Assembly: GCA_048939625.1 (NCBI GenBank)
Contig: JBHLPH010000002.1
Span: forward strand, 87,559-151,558
Length of the DNA: 64,000 nt
Direction of reading: 5' to 3'
Origin: Promethearchaeota archaeon
Lineage (GTDB): Archaea > Asgardarchaeota > Hermodarchaeia > Hermodarchaeales > Hermodarchaeaceae
A program made the translations under genes and the position numbers. Each line of letters opens with the position of its first letter. Within the stretch, counting starts at the first letter, position 1. A model generated the notes under the pieces. The model was not told the DNA's origin. It ran no database searches and worked only from the letters and a program-made list of their open reading frames with translations. Shown here one piece after another: positions 47,965 to 58,248 of this stretch.

Positions 47965-49050
47965 ATGAGGCTGATAGGATTGGTTGATCCACGAATCAAA
48001 GAACACGCTCGCATCCTAGTTGAGTACTCAACGAAAGTTCAAGCAGGTGAGATGGTCTACTTAATTTCAGACCTCGATGCTCATCCCCTTGCAGTTGAAG
48101 TCGTGAAAAAATGCGCAGAACGAGGTGCTGCAACAATGACGATTATGGATTCGTCGGAGCTTAGTCGAGGTTATATGGATGCAGCGACAGATGCTGCCTT
48201 GGACTTGTTTCCCCAACATCAAATGGAAGCAATCAAAGCTTCAGATATTCTCATTCGACTACGTTCACCCTCAAATACCCGAGGCTTTGCTGGCTTAGAT
48301 CCAAAGCGACTTATGCAGCGACATAAAATCACCAAACCCATTTCAGAGGAAATTCTCACGAAACGATGGTGCCTCACAATTCATCCCAACTCCGCTTTAG
48401 CTCAGGAGGCGAAAATGAGTCTCACAGATTATCAGGAATTTGTGTATAGGGCTACACTCTTGGACTGGGAGAAAGAAGCCAAGCTTATGCGCAAGTTACG
48501 TGATAAGCTCCAAGAGAACTCAACTATTAACTTCATCGGGAAAGAAACCGATTTGAAGGCTTCGATTAAAGGGCGGTTATGGGTCTCCTCTGAGGGCACC
48601 CATAACATGCCGAGTGGAGAAGTCTTTACAAGCCCTATTGAAAAGTCAGTTGAAGGCCACATCTACTTTGATATCCCCTTCCTGTATGCCGGTAAGGAAG
48701 TGGAAGGAGTTCGATTAGAATTCAAAGAAGGCAAAGTCATCAAATACTCAGCAGAGAAAGGGCATGATGCATTGGATGCAGCCTTGAATGCTGATGAAGG
48801 AGCCAAGTACCTAGGTGAAATGGCTATCGGAACCAACCGTGGAATCCAACAATACACCTTGAACATGCTCTTCGACGAAAAAATCGGGGACACCATCCAT
48901 TGTGCCTTAGGAAACGCATACCCCGAATGCAAAGGCACGAACCAAAGTGCTGTTCATGTTGATATCATCAAGAACATGAAAAAGGATGGAAAAATTCTTG
49001 CAGGCGATTTCGTAATCTACGAGAAAGGCAAATACTTCTGGGAGAATTAA
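47965..49050 (+). CDS. M29-family aminopeptidase (AmpS/PepS-like)
   Basis: NMPSGEVFTSP, LGEMAIG, LFDEKIGDTIHCALGNAY, SAVHVD. Confidence 0.92.
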   Translation: MRLIGLVDPRIKEHARILVEYSTKVQAGEMVYLISDLDAHPLAVEVVKKCAERGAATMTIMDSSELSRGYMDAATDAALDLFPQHQMEAIKASDILIRLRSPSNTRGFAGLDPKRLMQRHKITKPISEEILTKRWCLTIHPNSALAQEAKMSLTDYQEFVYRATLLDWEKEAKLMRKLRDKLQENSTINFIGKETDLKASIKGRLWVSSEGTHNMPSGEVFTSPIEKSVEGHIYFDIPFLYAGKEVEGVRLEFKEGKVIKYSAEKGHDALDAALNADEGAKYLGEMAIGTNRGIQQYTLNMLFDEKIGDTIHCALGNAYPECKGTNQSAVHVDIIKNMKKDGKILAGDFVIYEKGKYFWEN

Positions 49051-49142
49051 CGAAACTCAATGAGCTGGTCCTCGTCATATCAAGGAAAACCCGCATATGA
49101 GTACGCCTTTTAGGGAATAACTAAGATACCCAGCCTGATTTT

Positions 49143-50585
49143 ATGACAGTCATTGATTTAGTACACCATGGAGTTGACTATGGTACTGCCCAAGGAGGCA
49201 AATACATCGAACTTCGTTACGTCAACTACGTAGTTAATGGTTATAGTACTCGAAATGGCGATATTCTCGCAGCAGGATCAACTGAGACAGCGGGAATCGG
49301 AATCCGTGCATTAGCGAATGGTGGCATCGGATTCGCTGCGACAGCAAAGTTGGAAAAACAAGAAATCGAACGCGCAGTTAAAAAAGCCATTCAGCTCGCA
49401 CGAGCCACAAAACGGAAAACCCCACTAGTGCTTTCAGAGGAGCCTAGCGTTCGGACTAAATGGGAAGTCCCAGTAAAAACGCCATTCGCTGATATCGCGT
49501 CTGAGGATAAACTTGACCGAGTATTAGAAGCGGATAAAGCTCTGAAGAATTCCTTAGGTGATAAAGCCCTCCCCTACCGCGCTCTTATTGTCTCCTTAGA
49601 GACCCAGAAAAAATTCATCGCTACTAGCGAAGGAACTCAAGTTGAATCAGACTACAGCCTTAGCCGTTACCTCGCATTGCTTACTGCCCAAGGTGAAAAA
49701 GGAACTGAACAGCGCTTCCTAATGCGAGGAGCCACAGGTGGGTGGGAGATGCTCGAGTCTTCTGATTTCACTCAAACCTTTGTAGATGAGGCTAGGGACG
49801 CCAAAGAAGTTGCTGACAAAGCCAAACACATCACCTTTGACGAACCCATTGATGTGGTTGTTGGTCCCGAAGTTGCTGGCATCATCGCCCATGAAAACTG
49901 CGGACATCCATCGGAAGCAGACCGTATTCAAGGTCGGGAAGGGATGAACGCAGGTGAATCGTTCTGGATGGACATCGAAGTAGGAACCACACGAGTCGGA
50001 TCTCCAGCAGTTACCGTTATTGACGACCCAACCATACCGAAAAGCGGGGGATTCTATCTCTATGATGATGAAGGGGTTAAAGCCCGCCCGCGATATCTCA
50101 TCAAAGATGGTATCGCCAATGAAATGCTCCACGACCGCTTATCTGCTGGGCGAGCCGGTGTCAAATCCAACGGTTCGTCACGAGCCACAAATTACGATCG
50201 TGAACCCATCCCTCGGATGGCTAATACCTACATTGCCCCTGGTGAATTTACATTCGACGAACTAATTGAAGACGTTAAGTATGGAATATACATGCACTCA
50301 TTCACGGAATGGAACATTGACGATCGTCGGTATCAGTCGAAGTACGTGGGCTCATATGCTCGTATTATCGAAAATGGCGAAATAACTGATAGGTTTGTAC
50401 GGAGACCGATACTGGAAATAACATCCCGCGGCTTATTTGACGCCGTTGATGCTTGTTCAAAGGGCTTCGCGGCATGGCAGGCGATTTGTGGAAAGTCGGA
50501 CCCAGGACAGGGCATCCCTGTGTGGACGGCAGGTCCAGACGCGGTAAGATTACGTGAGATCCGCTTGGGAGGTGCTCCAGCATGA
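49143..50585 (+). CDS. tldD: TldD metalloprotease subunit
   Basis: HENCGH (HExxxH), YDDEG, PRMANT, CGK. Confidence 0.9.
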   Translation: MTVIDLVHHGVDYGTAQGGKYIELRYVNYVVNGYSTRNGDILAAGSTETAGIGIRALANGGIGFAATAKLEKQEIERAVKKAIQLARATKRKTPLVLSEEPSVRTKWEVPVKTPFADIASEDKLDRVLEADKALKNSLGDKALPYRALIVSLETQKKFIATSEGTQVESDYSLSRYLALLTAQGEKGTEQRFLMRGATGGWEMLESSDFTQTFVDEARDAKEVADKAKHITFDEPIDVVVGPEVAGIIAHENCGHPSEADRIQGREGMNAGESFWMDIEVGTTRVGSPAVTVIDDPTIPKSGGFYLYDDEGVKARPRYLIKDGIANEMLHDRLSAGRAGVKSNGSSRATNYDREPIPRMANTYIAPGEFTFDELIEDVKYGIYMHSFTEWNIDDRRYQSKYVGSYARIIENGEITDRFVRRPILEITSRGLFDAVDACSKGFAAWQAICGKSDPGQGIPVWTAGPDAVRLREIRLGGAPA

Positions 50586-51955
50586 GTAATCTAGATACTG
50601 TGCAGAGGATTGTTGACCATGTTTTGAAGGTAGCTGCGAAGGATGGGCAGGCAGTTGTTCGTGCTCGTGATGTGTTGGAGCATCAGGTGCGGATTAGTAA
50701 TTCAGAGATTGACATTTTCAAGCAGTGGAAGTATACTGTTCTTGAAGTGTTCGTTGCCATTGAGGGGCGAATTGGTACAACAGAGATTTACAATCCAACC
50801 ATCAAGTCTGTGGATGCGGAAGTAGCTCGTTTGACAAAATTTGTACAGAGTTTACAGCCCACTCCACTATTTTCAGGTTTGCAGGATGAAATCAAGCCAC
50901 CAACAAAAGTGGACCAACTTTATGATAAGCGAATTCGTGATTTCCCAGACAAAGCACCGGATGTAGTGACCGAAGCCCTTAATCGTGCGCAGAAATCGGG
51001 CGCCAGACGAACAGCAGGGTCATTCTTTTTCGATGAAACACAAAATGTACTGGAGACATCTCAAGGGTTTAGTGGGCGTTATCCGGCATCATCCTATCGA
51101 ATGACCTTACGAAGCTTCGTAGATCCTGAAAGTTCTGGACAAGGAGTGGCTGTGGGCCGAAGTTTGAAAGACATAGAGACACACATCGCACAAGCAGGAG
51201 AGGAATCTGGAGAAATTGCAAAACAAGCCGTTGGCGGAAAACAAGGCAAAGCTGGAATCTATGATCTGGTCTTGCATCCAACGGTTGCGGCCTCGGTGTT
51301 AGGGAGCCTCGCAGAATCAGCTAATCCTTTACTGATGATGTTGGGAATGAGTCCGTTAAAGGATAAAATTGGAGAAAAACTTGCTCCAGAAAACGTGAAT
51401 ATTTGGGATGATGGTCGTATTTCGAATGGACTAGGAAGTGCGCCTTTTGATTTTGAAGGAACACCTACCCAGAAATCCCCCATTTTCCAACAAGGTGTAT
51501 TACAGGGCATTGTTCATAATGTGACATCGGCTCGAATGACACAAGCAAAGAGCACTGGGAATTGTCAACTGGTGAACTTCGGAATGGGCTCAAAACTTGT
51601 CGTTCCAGCAAACACCAATATTGTCTTTTCAGAAGGAGATGCGTCTTTTGAAGAGCTCCTCGAATCCAAGAGACCAACCATCTATGTGACATCAAACTGG
51701 TACTTACGCTACACGAGTCAGCTCGAAGGAACCTTTTCAACAATTCCCCGTGATGGGATGTTCTTGATCGAAAAAGGGGAAATTAGTCAACCTATCCAAA
51801 AACTTCGCATCGCAGATAACCTTCTTCGGATGTATGCCAATATTGAAGCGATAGGGAAGACAGCGCGACAAGTACAATGGTGGGAAGTAGAGACTCCGAC
51901 CTTTATTCCATATATCCGTGTCAAGGATGTGCCCATGACTGCAGCAACTCAGTAA
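50582..51955 (+). CDS. tldE: TldE/PmbA non-catalytic subunit
   Basis: ATGA overlap with tldD; PFDFEG and STGN motifs; no HExxxH. Confidence 0.88.
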   Translation: MSNLDTVQRIVDHVLKVAAKDGQAVVRARDVLEHQVRISNSEIDIFKQWKYTVLEVFVAIEGRIGTTEIYNPTIKSVDAEVARLTKFVQSLQPTPLFSGLQDEIKPPTKVDQLYDKRIRDFPDKAPDVVTEALNRAQKSGARRTAGSFFFDETQNVLETSQGFSGRYPASSYRMTLRSFVDPESSGQGVAVGRSLKDIETHIAQAGEESGEIAKQAVGGKQGKAGIYDLVLHPTVAASVLGSLAESANPLLMMLGMSPLKDKIGEKLAPENVNIWDDGRISNGLGSAPFDFEGTPTQKSPIFQQGVLQGIVHNVTSARMTQAKSTGNCQLVNFGMGSKLVVPANTNIVFSEGDASFEELLESKRPTIYVTSNWYLRYTSQLEGTFSTIPRDGMFLIEKGEISQPIQKLRIADNLLRMYANIEAIGKTARQVQWWEVETPTFIPYIRVKDVPMTAATQ

Positions 51956-52117
51956 TGCTCTTAAAGTACCAAAAAGTCTAGTCACGTTTATAAGGTCAGG
52001 ACAATTGGGACCTACAATTCGACGAAAGACATAAGAAGTAAAAAATAACCGAACATTAACCCTCCACTCTCTGACCAACAAAGAATCGTATACACACAGG
52101 TTCCATGGGATGATAAG

Positions 52118-53842
52118 ATGGGTAGAAACGGTGGCAAAAAAGTTGTATTGACTGCATCTGTTGCCGAAATGGCTGGATGGGATGCAGACCCCTTTATCGC
52201 ATTTGCAGGTGGATTTCCAGGTCGGCTCGTTCCATCCTTCTTATTACGACAAGGATACAAACCTGATCCACCGAATGCGGATCACTCAGCGCCCTTTGCA
52301 CCCTATGGACTTCGGAAAATCGAAGCGACCCTTTTAGAAAACGGCTTCGACGAAGATGACGTAATGACTGTGCATCCTTCACAACTGAAGCATGTAATGG
52401 GACCGAAGACAAAGGTTGTCGGTGTTTCAAGCATGGACCCCTTAGGGATGGCCTATGTAAGTGTGACTTATTCTTCTCTTACTGGAATGGGATACACCCC
52501 CGCAACCGGATTAGAGTTTTGGCGACTTACTCAAAACTCTGCCCTCCAAAAGCACAAAGTGCCACGTATTCTGGGCGGTGCCGGATCTTGGCAATTGAAG
52601 AACCCAAAACTTCGTAAACAGTACGGATTCGACTGTGTCGTCATGGGTGAATCAGAAAGAATAGCAGCGCAATTATTTGAAAAGGCGATTCGCGGTGAAA
52701 AATTACCAGGAATAGTCAGAGCAGAGCGACCAGCCGATGAGGATATTCCAGCTATTAAAAACGGTGCAATATATGGTGCTGTTGAAATTTCGCGAGGTTG
52801 TGGTCGTGGCTGTCAGTTCTGCTCCCCCACAATGAAATTTCGACGCACATTCCCAATCAAGAAAATTCTCCAAGAAGTTCGCGCGAATCTTAACTGCGGC
52901 GCCAATATGATTCTACTAAACACTGATGACGTCTTTTTATACGGATCCAAGGAACGCTTCCTTCCCAACCGGGATGCTGTTCTTAGTTTGTATGAAGCGG
53001 TTGTAAACGAACCGGGTGTTAAATACGTGCAAACCGCTCATGCGTCCCTAGCCCCCGCAATCGTCGACCCAATAATGGTTCAAAGAATTACAGAAATTAT
53101 CGGTGATAAGTGTCGATATCGCTTCAAAGGCGATCCTGTTGTTACCGTTGAAGTAGGTGTTGAGACTGGTAGTCCGCGACTGATGCAAGAGCACATGCGG
53201 GGCAAAGCATTACCCTATGATGTCAGTGAATGGCCTGAAATCGTCTGCGAAGCCTATGGGATTCTCAATGATGCTAATTGGGTCCCATTATGCACCCTCG
53301 TAACTGGTCTACCAAAGGAAACCGAAGAGGATGTCTTACACACACTTGACCTAATTCATCGGATGCGACGTTTCAAAACGTTCTTTGTACCCCTCTTCTT
53401 TGTCTCGTTGGAAGATTGTGCATTGAACAAAGAAAAAACCTTGGATCTTCGACGTCTCACAGAGTTGCAGTGGGAAGTTTTCATTGAGTGCTGGGACCAT
53501 AACCTCCATCATTGGCGAGAAAGTTGGCTAGGTGAACTCAAAGAAACCTGGATTAACCGCCAACTCATCAAACTGATTGGCGGGTTCCTTTACCTCAGCT
53601 ACTACAAATTCAAGCATGGTGGAAAATCCAAACGAATGCTTTCACGAATCTCAGGAATTTTAGGTAAGGATTATCGATTTCTGTTACCCTTCAAACATCC
53701 CTTTGGTGGAGAGCTACCTGAATCCCTCAAAAAACAGCAATCACATCAAATCAGGCTATTACCAGTCATATCGGGAAGCGAGGATGTGCCCCGGGAAATG
53801 CAATATGCAAATCAAGAGGCTCAGTACCGTCTCCGACAATAA
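52118..53842 (+). CDS. Class B-like radical SAM protein (possible GDGT-modifying Grs/Gms/Gmm family)
   Basis: RGCGRGCQFC (CxxxCxxC), N-terminal Rossmann-like domain with APYGLRKIEA and GGAGSWQ, VGVETGS. Confidence 0.8.
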   Translation: MGRNGGKKVVLTASVAEMAGWDADPFIAFAGGFPGRLVPSFLLRQGYKPDPPNADHSAPFAPYGLRKIEATLLENGFDEDDVMTVHPSQLKHVMGPKTKVVGVSSMDPLGMAYVSVTYSSLTGMGYTPATGLEFWRLTQNSALQKHKVPRILGGAGSWQLKNPKLRKQYGFDCVVMGESERIAAQLFEKAIRGEKLPGIVRAERPADEDIPAIKNGAIYGAVEISRGCGRGCQFCSPTMKFRRTFPIKKILQEVRANLNCGANMILLNTDDVFLYGSKERFLPNRDAVLSLYEAVVNEPGVKYVQTAHASLAPAIVDPIMVQRITEIIGDKCRYRFKGDPVVTVEVGVETGSPRLMQEHMRGKALPYDVSEWPEIVCEAYGILNDANWVPLCTLVTGLPKETEEDVLHTLDLIHRMRRFKTFFVPLFFVSLEDCALNKEKTLDLRRLTELQWEVFIECWDHNLHHWRESWLGELKETWINRQLIKLIGGFLYLSYYKFKHGGKSKRMLSRISGILGKDYRFLLPFKHPFGGELPESLKKQQSHQIRLLPVISGSEDVPREMQYANQEAQYRLRQ

Positions 53843-53847
53843 TCACT

Positions 53848-54606
53848 TCAACGCTGAGATTTTATCACTTCGACAATAGCAGCGAGTGTTTCTCCTGCTT
53901 CAGCAGTAAAAACAAGATCTGAGACTGGATCAAAGGGTGTCGGTTCTTGGTTTATAATTATCAATTTCGAACCACTTTGTTTTGCGATGGTCGGGAGTGA
54001 GGCCACAGGATAGACAACAAGGTATGAACCGATTGCAAGCATTAGTTGACAATGTCTTGCAAACTCAATCGAAGTAGCCAGCTCCTTTTGGGGTAATGCT
54101 TCACCAAAAAAGACGGTATCCAATTTTACAAGCCCACCACAACTGGGACACATCACCGGAATTTGTCGTTTTTTCATAGCTTTTTCCAAGAGTTTACGGT
54201 CTACTTTGAACTGGCACACTGTACATGTACCACTAAAGAGGCTCCCATGAACTTCAAGAACACGCTGACTCCCTGCCTGTTGATGGAGACCATCAACATT
54301 TTGTGTAATTACCACGTCTAAGAGATTCATTCTCTCAAGTTCAGCAAGTGTCGTGTGGGCAGGATTAGGCTTTGCATACATAACAGTGGGTGCCATTTCC
54401 AACGCCATTTCCCACCAACCCTTCGGATCACTAAGAAATCCATCAACATTCGCGAATATGGTGGGGTCCACTTTTGTCCAAAGCCCATCTGGTCCGCGAA
54501 AATCAGGTATCCCACTTTTTGTCGAGACCCCAGCACCGGTGAGTGCAATGGTAGACGGGGATTCCAGTATCATCTGAGCTGCTCGCTCTATATTGGTAAT
54601 TGACAA
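53848..54606 (-). CDS. cobB: Sir2-family NAD-dependent protein deacylase
   Basis: TGAGVSTKSGIPDFRG, ITQNVDGLH, VHGS, CTVC/CPSC, FFGE; TTG at 54606 follows AGGTGA. Confidence 0.92.
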   Translation of the reverse strand: MSITNIERAAQMILESPSTIALTGAGVSTKSGIPDFRGPDGLWTKVDPTIFANVDGFLSDPKGWWEMALEMAPTVMYAKPNPAHTTLAELERMNLLDVVITQNVDGLHQQAGSQRVLEVHGSLFSGTCTVCQFKVDRKLLEKAMKKRQIPVMCPSCGGLVKLDTVFFGEALPQKELATSIEFARHCQLMLAIGSYLVVYPVASLPTIAKQSGSKLIIINQEPTPFDPVSDLVFTAEAGETLAAIVEVIKSQR

Positions 54607-54724
54607 AGAACGGTCACCTATAATAAAAAAGGAAGCTTCGTGGTGTGTCATAAACCTGTGGGTGCTTCGAGGTCAAAACAAATTATAACGGCTAATAGAA
54701 CAAGTATGGCAGGGTGTACTGTAT

Positions 54725-56272
54725 TTGACAAAAGAAACGCTTGTGATGGCAATAGATGTCGGAACTAGTGGAACCAAAACCGCGGTATTTGATGCAACGA
54801 CGGGTGAACTGATTTCGCAAACTCATCAAGAGTATTTTTCTGTATTTCCCCGACCCACTTGGGTGGAACAGGATGCTGAGGATTGGTGGCGAACCACTTG
54901 CATTACAGCGAAGACAACGGTGAAAAAGCTTAGAAAGAAGCTGAAAAATCTCGCAGCCATAAGTATTACAAATCAACGGGAGACCATCGTTCCAGTAAAT
55001 CAACAGGGTGAACCTATTCACAACGCCCTGGTGTGGCAGGATCGTCGAACCGTACCCCAATGCACACTCATCAAAGAGTCATTGGGAGCAGAAAAAGTGT
55101 ATTCGGAAACAGGCCTCACTATTGACCCATATTTTTCCGCGCCTAAGATTCTATGGTTTAAAAAGGAACAACCACAGGTCTTCCAACACGCACACAAATT
55201 CTTGCTTGTTCACGATTTCATTCTTCATCGCCTAACAGACCAATTTGCTACCGATTACAGTAACGCGTCCCGAACAATGCTATTTGCAGTTAAACAAATG
55301 GAATGGTCCAATCTGATATGTGACACGTTAGAAATTCCTAAAGAGAAATTACCAGTCGCTCATCCCTCAGGATTTAGAATAGGAGAAGTAACATCAGCTG
55401 CTGCAAAAGACACAGGACTACCCGAAGGACTGCCAGTTATTATTGGCGGAGGTGATCAACAGTGTGGGGCAGTGGGAGTTGGAGTAGTCAAACCGGGCCG
55501 TGTAAAAGCTACGATCGGGACTGGAACCTTCATTCTTGCATTTGAAGCCCAGCCACGATTTGATCCTCAGCGGCGTCTTCTCTGTAGTTGCCATGCTGTT
55601 CCTAATCGATGGGTAATTGAAGCAAGCATATTCACAAGCGGGATTATTTACCGCTGGTTCCGAGACCAATTTGGACATGAAGAGAAGCAACTCGCGAAAC
55701 TTCTGGATGCAGATGCATATGAATTAATGGATGAACAAGCAAAGCAATCACCACCTGGCGCACGGGGAATTATCGTCTTACCACATTTTGTTGGAGCAGG
55801 TGCGCCTCATTGGAACCCCGAGGCAAGAGGCGTAATTTTGGGACTAGCTTTGGGCCATTCGAGATCAGATATTATCCGGGCAATAATGGAAGGAACTGCA
55901 TTTGAGGTGCGGCTAAATCTCGAAACCATGAAAAGTATCGGGATTTCGATAAAGGAACTGCGACTCACTGGTGGGGCGACAAGGAGTGCAATATGGAATC
56001 AAATCCAATCTGATATTGTACACCTTCGAGTCCAACGGAGTAAAATCGAAGAAGCAACGGCACTAGGAGCTGCAATCCTCGCTGCTACGGGCGTTGGAGT
56101 GTATCGCGAAGTTAGCCAAGCTGCTGAAGCAATGGTTTCAATAGGTGAACAATACACACCCAGAAAAGAACTAGAATCACGATATAATCAATTATTTACA
56201 ATCCACAATGATGCGTATAGTGCCTTAGAGAAGGCAAAGGTTTTTTCACAGCTGAGCACACTTGACCATTGA
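54725..56272 (+). CDS. FGGY-family carbohydrate kinase (xylulokinase/glycerol kinase-like)
   Basis: AIDVGTS, ITNQRET, WQDRR, SNASRT, GGGDQ, IGTG, GGATRS. Confidence 0.9.
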   Translation: MTKETLVMAIDVGTSGTKTAVFDATTGELISQTHQEYFSVFPRPTWVEQDAEDWWRTTCITAKTTVKKLRKKLKNLAAISITNQRETIVPVNQQGEPIHNALVWQDRRTVPQCTLIKESLGAEKVYSETGLTIDPYFSAPKILWFKKEQPQVFQHAHKFLLVHDFILHRLTDQFATDYSNASRTMLFAVKQMEWSNLICDTLEIPKEKLPVAHPSGFRIGEVTSAAAKDTGLPEGLPVIIGGGDQQCGAVGVGVVKPGRVKATIGTGTFILAFEAQPRFDPQRRLLCSCHAVPNRWVIEASIFTSGIIYRWFRDQFGHEEKQLAKLLDADAYELMDEQAKQSPPGARGIIVLPHFVGAGAPHWNPEARGVILGLALGHSRSDIIRAIMEGTAFEVRLNLETMKSIGISIKELRLTGGATRSAIWNQIQSDIVHLRVQRSKIEEATALGAAILAATGVGVYREVSQAAEAMVSIGEQYTPRKELESRYNQLFTIHNDAYSALEKAKVFSQLSTLDH

Positions 56273-56278
56273 GCATTA

Positions 56279-57574
56279 ATGACCGAACTTCAACTGCGTT
56301 ATGGCAACGATCATATCCAATTGTCAGTTCCTGAGAAAAACATCGGTGAAATTATTCAACCACGCAAACAGCAAGCCTCTACAGACGTTCCTGGAACACT
56401 TCGTAAGGCACTTGATAGTCCATTGGGGCAGAGTGTCCAAGAGATAATTGCTAACCGTCGTGTTGGTGTCCTGATTGAAGACGGAACCCGTGCGGAACCG
56501 CATGAGATTTTTCTTGAAGAGCTGACTCCGTATCTTGAAGCAGCCAAGCATTTGACTTTTATGATAGCGACCGGCTCGCACGAACCTAATAGTGTACGAA
56601 ATCAAGAGATTATCCGAACAATCGAAAAGAGCTGTAAAGTGAATAATCTCGATCCGTATCAGGTTATTGTTCATGATGCACTCCAGTCACCGTGTAAGTT
56701 AGTTGGAGCCACAACCCGAGGAACTGAGGTGAGGGTTAATGAAATCGCGTTACAATTGGATGCTTTTGTAGTTGCAGCCGATATGAAGAACCATTACTTC
56801 GCGGGCTACTCTAATGTTCTCAAAAACTTCTTACCAGGAATATGTGATTTCAACACAATTGAAGCTAATCATAGTCTAGCATTGAATTCTGAATCAACCT
56901 TTGGTCGCCACCCGTTTCACCCAGATCCCACCCGGCGAACCAACCCTGTCGCCGAGGACATGTTTGAGGGAATGAATCTAATCTTAGGTAACCGACCTGT
57001 TTTTCTGCTCGCTACAGTTACGAGTGGTCCCTATATCATATGGGCGAAGAGTGGTGAGATGCGTCCTGTTACACGCGAAGGTATTCGAGTGATCGATGAG
57101 TCGGCGTCTTTCACCGTTCCAGTAACAGATCATATCATTGTTACGCCTGGGGGAAATCCCCAAGATGAAAGCCTTTACAATGCTCAACGAGGGTTGGAGT
57201 TGACAAAGAATGCAGTTCGAGATAACGGGGAAATCTTGTTATTAGCTGAATGCCCGAAGGGCATCGCTCCAACTCCGAAAGCCCGTGAATTCTTCTATGA
57301 CTATTTGATTATGCCACTTCCGGAAATGATGGCAAAAATTCGAGACAACTACAGGCTTTATACACATAAGAGTTGGAAATTTGGCGAGTTAATCCAGCGA
57401 CTTAAGCGAGTCTGGCTCTACACATCGCTAGATAAAGATCAAGTTGAGACCGCTCACATTTCCTACGCTATCAACCCCCAGAAAGTTGTGGATTCATGGT
57501 TGCAGGCCGATTCGTCTGCTCAAATTCATATCTTTCATGACGCAAACAAAATCGCTGTTTATGGAAGAGACTAA
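56279..57574 (+). CDS. LarA-family (nickel-pincer) alpha-hydroxy-acid racemase/epimerase homologue
   Basis: EDGTR, ATGSH, VHDA, GATTRGT, HYFAGYS..K.FLPG, NHS, GGNPQD, AECPKG. Confidence 0.82.
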   Translation: MTELQLRYGNDHIQLSVPEKNIGEIIQPRKQQASTDVPGTLRKALDSPLGQSVQEIIANRRVGVLIEDGTRAEPHEIFLEELTPYLEAAKHLTFMIATGSHEPNSVRNQEIIRTIEKSCKVNNLDPYQVIVHDALQSPCKLVGATTRGTEVRVNEIALQLDAFVVAADMKNHYFAGYSNVLKNFLPGICDFNTIEANHSLALNSESTFGRHPFHPDPTRRTNPVAEDMFEGMNLILGNRPVFLLATVTSGPYIIWAKSGEMRPVTREGIRVIDESASFTVPVTDHIIVTPGGNPQDESLYNAQRGLELTKNAVRDNGEILLLAECPKGIAPTPKAREFFYDYLIMPLPEMMAKIRDNYRLYTHKSWKFGELIQRLKRVWLYTSLDKDQVETAHISYAINPQKVVDSWLQADSSAQIHIFHDANKIAVYGRD

Positions 57575-57697
57575 GAGTCGATAGATATTTTGCATTCACG
57601 AGTAACTCGAATCTGTGCCGACTTAAAGTAATTCAGAAGCAAATGTTAAGAACCGTTTCTGTGCTATATACTCGGAAACAATCCTGGGAGCTCGCTG

Positions 57698-58183
57698 ATG
57701 CCTGTCGTTTACACCTATTGTGAAAAATGTAAGGCGTATATCGCAATAGACGTCCCGCCGGACATCATTCAGCGGCAAAATGTCTTTCCGTTTCCTTACT
57801 CCTACGTGCATGGCGAGCCTTCCCATGTCATAACGATTTATTTGGACCAGGATCTTGTTGAACGAGGGCACGAAGTCTCAGAAATCCATGCAGGCAACCA
57901 AGTCGAGGTTACCCAAACTGAACCTGGTGCGGCTCCCCAGCCTCCCACACCAAGTCCAACACCTATGGTTGGAACCAAAAGCCGCCGAATTGTTCCTCGA
58001 GTAGTCGCAGACTTGGAGAAACAAAAATTATCGATTACTGAGTTCCGAATGCTCAGTTTATGTGATGGTAAAGCAACTCTTCAAGAGATTGCTGAAAAAA
58101 TGGGACTCCAGTTTTTCATTGCAATGCGGATGTTGTTAGACCTCCAGAAACGAAAACTTGTAGATTTCGAAAAACGAGTTTAA
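57698..58183 (+). CDS. Zn-finger-like N-terminal domain, Pro-rich linker and winged-HTH protein
   Basis: CEKC...YVHGEPSH...YLD...RG; PQPPTPSPTP linker; LSLCDGKATLQEIAEKMG...LQKRKLV. Confidence 0.7.
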   Translation: MPVVYTYCEKCKAYIAIDVPPDIIQRQNVFPFPYSYVHGEPSHVITIYLDQDLVERGHEVSEIHAGNQVEVTQTEPGAAPQPPTPSPTPMVGTKSRRIVPRVVADLEKQKLSITEFRMLSLCDGKATLQEIAEKMGLQFFIAMRMLLDLQKRKLVDFEKRV

Positions 58184-58248
58184 TTCAACCAATAGGAACG
58201 AATGATTCATAACGCTAGTTGTTGAGTACAATTATGTGGTGAAATAAT

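Noticed and set aside
54020-54030. Sirtuin GSYLVVYP instead of canonical GSSL/GTSL
   Set aside because: A single TCC-to-TAC change could be a base-call error or private variant; all other motifs are intact.
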